DNA of 64,000 nt, from NCBI GenBank assembly GCA_963704165.1, contig CAVPHD010000004.1, forward strand, positions 320,001-384,000. The letters run 5' to 3'. Origin of the DNA: an uncultured delta proteobacterium. Its GTDB lineage: Bacteria > Myxococcota_A > UBA9160 > SZUA-336. The position numbers were made by a program, and so were the translations under genes. The notes beneath the pieces are model-generated. The model saw nothing but the letters and a program-made list of their open reading frames with translations, had not been told where the DNA came from and ran no database searches. Below are positions 60,866-64,000 of this stretch, piece after piece. The first letter of the stretch is position 1, and the number at the start of each line of letters is the position of its first letter.

Positions 60866-61086
60866 CGATCGCGATTCTCCGGTCCAGCGTCGCCACCGAA
60901 TGCCCCTACTCCGGGGTGCGTCGAATTGGCAGCTCGGATGTTTGAGCCATTCGAGGCGACTACCGATGAGGCATCGGCTCCTGGCTGCCAGCGCATGAGT
61001 CCGCAGATCGAGCGCAGGCAGCGAGGGAGTGGCGGCGACACTTCGAGAGGTGACGCCACCACAAAGCCAGGGGGTCCACGCGAGGC

Positions 61087-62268
61087 ATGAGTACCCAGCT
61101 CCTAGGCATCCGCCACCGGGCGCGAAAAACGCCGCTTCAGGCCCGTAGGGTCGGCGCGGCGTTCCGTGCAGGCGGAGCCGGAGTCGCCGTCGCACGCGAG
61201 CCCTTCCCGGGCATCCATGTCGGTGGCGAGAGCCACCGCGCCGACACGCTGAAGTCCGGCACGGTCTCCGCGCTGCTCCATGCGGGCTTCCTGGGACTCC
61301 TGATCTTGCTCGCCTGGATGACGCCTGCGATCCGCGAGGAGATCCTGCCCGTTCAGCTGATCAAGGAAGAGCCGAAGCCCGTTGCGAAGCGGGAAGAGCC
61401 GAAACCCGAACCGATTCCCGAGCCCGCGGTCGAGCCCGCGCCGGCGCCGAAGGCCCTGGCCGAGCGCCGTTCGATGGACTTCGCTCCCCAGGCGCAGGCG
61501 ATGGCGCCGCAGATCGTGAATCCGACGGTGGTGGCTCAGGCATCCCCGCAGCTCAACGCGCAGAAGCTCGAGATGAACCAGGTCGCCGCGGTCGTCGCCC
61601 CGCAGAACATTTCGCAGGCGACCGTCGTCGCCGAGCGTGTGACGGCCGTGAACTCCGTCGCCGTGGCCCAGACCGCGAAGGTGGACCTCGGCACGGCCGC
61701 GGCGCCCGCGCTTCGCGGCCCGGCGAATACGGCGCTGGCGGCGGGGCCTTCGGTCGGGCCGCGACAGATCGCCGCAGCGGGAGACACGATCGGAACGGGC
61801 ACGGCCGTCGACACGGGCACCGGCTCCTCGGTCCGCGAGGGAATCGCCAGCAACCGCGACGTGCTCGGCTCGCCCGACGGAGCGCCGCTCGCGAACGTTT
61901 CGACCCGTGTCGGCGAGGGATTCATGCGCGGCGATGGCGGCAGTGGCAGCGGCGGTGGCGACATCAGCGACTGCCTCTCGCGGCCGGAAGTCCTCCAGTA
62001 TCAGGAGCAGGTGCGCCAGCGCATGTACGCGCGCTGGGTCGTGCCCGGAGATGTGCCGGTCAACCAGAAGGTCCAGCTCCGCTTCGCACTCGACGCGAGC
62101 GGCTCGGTGATGAAGACCGAACTCGTCAGCGCGAGCGACTCCGGACTCGGGCAGACGGCCGTCGACGCGCTTCGATCCGCGGCGCCGTTCGCCTCGATGC
62201 CGGAGCGCGTGCGCTGCCTCGCGCGCCGTACGCTGATCGGCACGTTCAGCGTTCCCGCCGTAAACTGA
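61087..62268 (+). CDS. TonB/TolA-like energy transducer
   Basis: TM helix with SALLH (SxxxH), a Pro/Glu/Lys-rich linker and a C-terminal TolA/TonB_2-type domain (YQEQV..RW..ALRSAAPF); start uncertain. Confidence 0.85.
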   Translation: MSTQLLGIRHRARKTPLQARRVGAAFRAGGAGVAVAREPFPGIHVGGESHRADTLKSGTVSALLHAGFLGLLILLAWMTPAIREEILPVQLIKEEPKPVAKREEPKPEPIPEPAVEPAPAPKALAERRSMDFAPQAQAMAPQIVNPTVVAQASPQLNAQKLEMNQVAAVVAPQNISQATVVAERVTAVNSVAVAQTAKVDLGTAAAPALRGPANTALAAGPSVGPRQIAAAGDTIGTGTAVDTGTGSSVREGIASNRDVLGSPDGAPLANVSTRVGEGFMRGDGGSGSGGGDISDCLSRPEVLQYQEQVRQRMYARWVVPGDVPVNQKVQLRFALDASGSVMKTELVSASDSGLGQTAVDALRSAAPFASMPERVRCLARRTLIGTFSVPAVN

Positions 62269-62272
62269 CTCG

Positions 62273-64000
62273 ATGAGTCGTCTTTCCACCCGCGCGTTCC
62301 TCCTCGCGAGCTTCGCTCTTGCCTCCGTCACGCCGACGCTCGCGCACGCGCAGCAGGCCAAGCAGAAGGTCGTGCTCGAGTACGACGACCAGGAGCGGCT
62401 CGCGCGTCGCAAGACCGACACCAACGGCGACGGCGCATTCGACGAGACCGTCTTCTACAAGAACGACGTTCCCGAGCGCGCCGAGAGCGACACGAACTAC
62501 GACGGCAAGACCGACCTGTGGGTCACCTTCGACGTGAGCGGAAAACCGCTCGCCCAGGAGCGCGACTCGAACTTCGACGGCAAGCGCGATCAGTGGATCC
62601 AGCTCGAGAACGAGCAGCCCAAGGTCCAACGCGACGACAAGAACGGCGACGGCGAGCCGGAGTCGGTGGTGTACTTCGAGAACGGCGTGCGCACCCGCTC
62701 CGAAGAGGATTCGAACGGAGACGGCCGCATCGACCGCTGGGTGACCTATCAGGACGGCAACCCGGCGCGCGTCGAGGACGACACGAACGCCGACGGCAAG
62801 GTCGACGTGCGCGGCGAGTTCAACCCCGACGGCTCCAAGAGCATCGAGGTCCAGGACACCAACTCCGACGGCCGATTCGATGTGACGATCCGCTACGAGA
62901 ACGGCGTGAAGGCGCGTGTCGAAGAAGACATGAATGGTGACGGTCAGCCGGACGTGATCACGAGCTACGAATCCGAGATCCTCGTGAGGCGCGAGGCCGA
63001 CACCGATGGAAACGGGAGCTTCGACACCGTTTCGAACTACCGAAACGGCGTCGAAGCGCGCCAGACGCGCGATCTCGACGGAGACGGGAACGCGGAGCTC
63101 GTCGCGACGTTCGACGCCCAGGGCGACAAGATCCGCGAGGAGATCTTCGCGGCCGGCTCGAACATCCCGCAGGCCGTTCGCACCTACGCCGGCGGCGTGC
63201 GAACTCGCGAAGAGCAGGACACGAACGGCGACGGCGTTCTCGATCTCGCGACCGACTACGCGGGCGAGGAGCCGAGCCGAAGCGTCGCCGACACCAACCA
63301 CGACGGGAAGCCGGACACCACGATCGTCTTCGGCGCCGGCCAGAAGGTCCGCCAGGAAGAGGACCGGAACGGCGACGGCGAGATCGACGCCCGTTACGCC
63401 TTCGACGAGGACGGAAAGGTCACCTCGGAAGAGCTCGACGACGACCACGACGGCCGCTTCGAGAACGTCGCGACATCGAAGCTCGGCCTGATGGAGCGGC
63501 GCACGATCGACGCGAACTCCGACGGCAATCCGGAACGCATCGAAGTGTACGGCGAAGGCCGGCTCGTCCGGGTCGAGATCGACGAGAACCGCGACGGCAC
63601 GATCGATCTCTGGAACTTCTTCGATCCCGAGAAGCGTCTCGAAAAGCAGGAGCAGGACGTCGACCACGACGGCCGGATCGACACCTGGGTGGTGCTCGAC
63701 CCGGGAAGCGGCAAGGAGCTCCGCGTCCTCAAGGACACGAACTCCGACGGCAAGGCCGATACCTGGCGAACCAACGACCCGGCCGGATCGACGCTGCGGT
63801 TCGAAGAGGACAAGGACTTCGACGGCGAGCCCGATCGCAGCGTGGAGTTCGCCGACGGTCGCCCCGTGCGTTTCAGCGAGGACGCGAACCGGGACGGCAA
63901 GCCGGAGGCGCGAGGCGAGCTCGGGCCGAATGGCGAGGTGCTGCGCGAGGAGCGCGATACCAACGGCGACGGGAAGCTCGATCTGCGCGTCGAGTACGCG
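62273..64000 (+). CDS. Large secreted protein of tandem Dx(D/N)xDG repeats (3' end outside window; absent from ORF track)
   Basis: Manual translation gives signal peptide MSRLSTRAFLLASFALASVTPTLAHA followed by about 21 repeats of 24-26 aa (DTNGDG, DSNFDG, DKNGDG...); no stop in 576 codons. Confidence 0.9.
   Translation, partial: MSRLSTRAFLLASFALASVTPTLAHAQQAKQKVVLEYDDQERLARRKTDTNGDGAFDETVFYKNDVPERAESDTNYDGKTDLWVTFDVSGKPLAQERDSNFDGKRDQWIQLENEQPKVQRDDKNGDGEPESVVYFENGVRTRSEEDSNGDGRIDRWVTYQDGNPARVEDDTNADGKVDVRGEFNPDGSKSIEVQDTNSDGRFDVTIRYENGVKARVEEDMNGDGQPDVITSYESEILVRREADTDGNGSFDTVSNYRNGVEARQTRDLDGDGNAELVATFDAQGDKIREEIFAAGSNIPQAVRTYAGGVRTREEQDTNGDGVLDLATDYAGEEPSRSVADTNHDGKPDTTIVFGAGQKVRQEEDRNGDGEIDARYAFDEDGKVTSEELDDDHDGRFENVATSKLGLMERRTIDANSDGNPERIEVYGEGRLVRVEIDENRDGTIDLWNFFDPEKRLEKQEQDVDHDGRIDTWVVLDPGSGKELRVLKDTNSDGKADTWRTNDPAGSTLRFEEDKDFDGEPDRSVEFADGRPVRFSEDANRDGKPEARGELGPNGEVLREERDTNGDGKLDLRVEYA

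Noticed and set aside
61029..61080. Resemblance to a c-di-GMP-I or cobalamin riboswitch (hairpin then ACAAAGCCAGGGG)
   Set aside because: The contiguous GACGCAAAGC core, tetraloop receptor and cobalamin core motifs are not present; kept only as an unnamed leader candidate.
62400..64000. Periodic GAC-ACN-AAC-NNN-GAC-GGC DNA repeats resembling a CRISPR or tandem array
   Set aside because: The repeats are in-frame, vary at the codon level and reflect protein repeats; there is no invariant direct repeat and no cas gene.

Overview
A 64-kb, very GC-rich bacterial chromosomal segment with about 66 tightly packed genes and no rRNA, tRNA, CRISPR array or intact mobile element that I can see. The host is a diderm (porin, TonB/ExbBD, RND pump) with an actinobacteria-like lipid and steroid catabolic repertoire plus PilZ proteins; by inference this fits an uncultured Myxococcota/Desulfobacterota-type genome. 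Catabolic genes include a paired acyl-CoA dehydrogenase, a split MFE-2-like dehydrogenase and hydratase with an SCPx thiolase, a Cys-less thiolase-fold/DUF35/MaoC-pair/PHP operon, an AMACR-like CoA transferase, a P450, F420-type LLMs and several SDRs. Also present are two AurF-like diiron proteins, clpS-clpA, msrB, mazG and a SigK/RskA-like pair upstream of a DUF1329 gene. The two best candidate undescribed systems are: (1) a porin, FMN-binding protein, His-bearing membrane protein and ApbE operon under a Fur-like box; (2) a divergent ExbB-ExbD / TonB-like locus coupled to a secreted protein with more than 21 tandem Dx(D/N)xDG repeats, which the ORF track misses. Regulatory signals read directly from the DNA include sigma28-like promoters in front of the PilZ and hybrid-kinase genes, a repeated ECF promoter, many apparently leaderless genes, and operator palindromes. 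Numerous single-base frameshifts between about 35.5 and 59 kb look like long-read consensus errors rather than pseudogenes.
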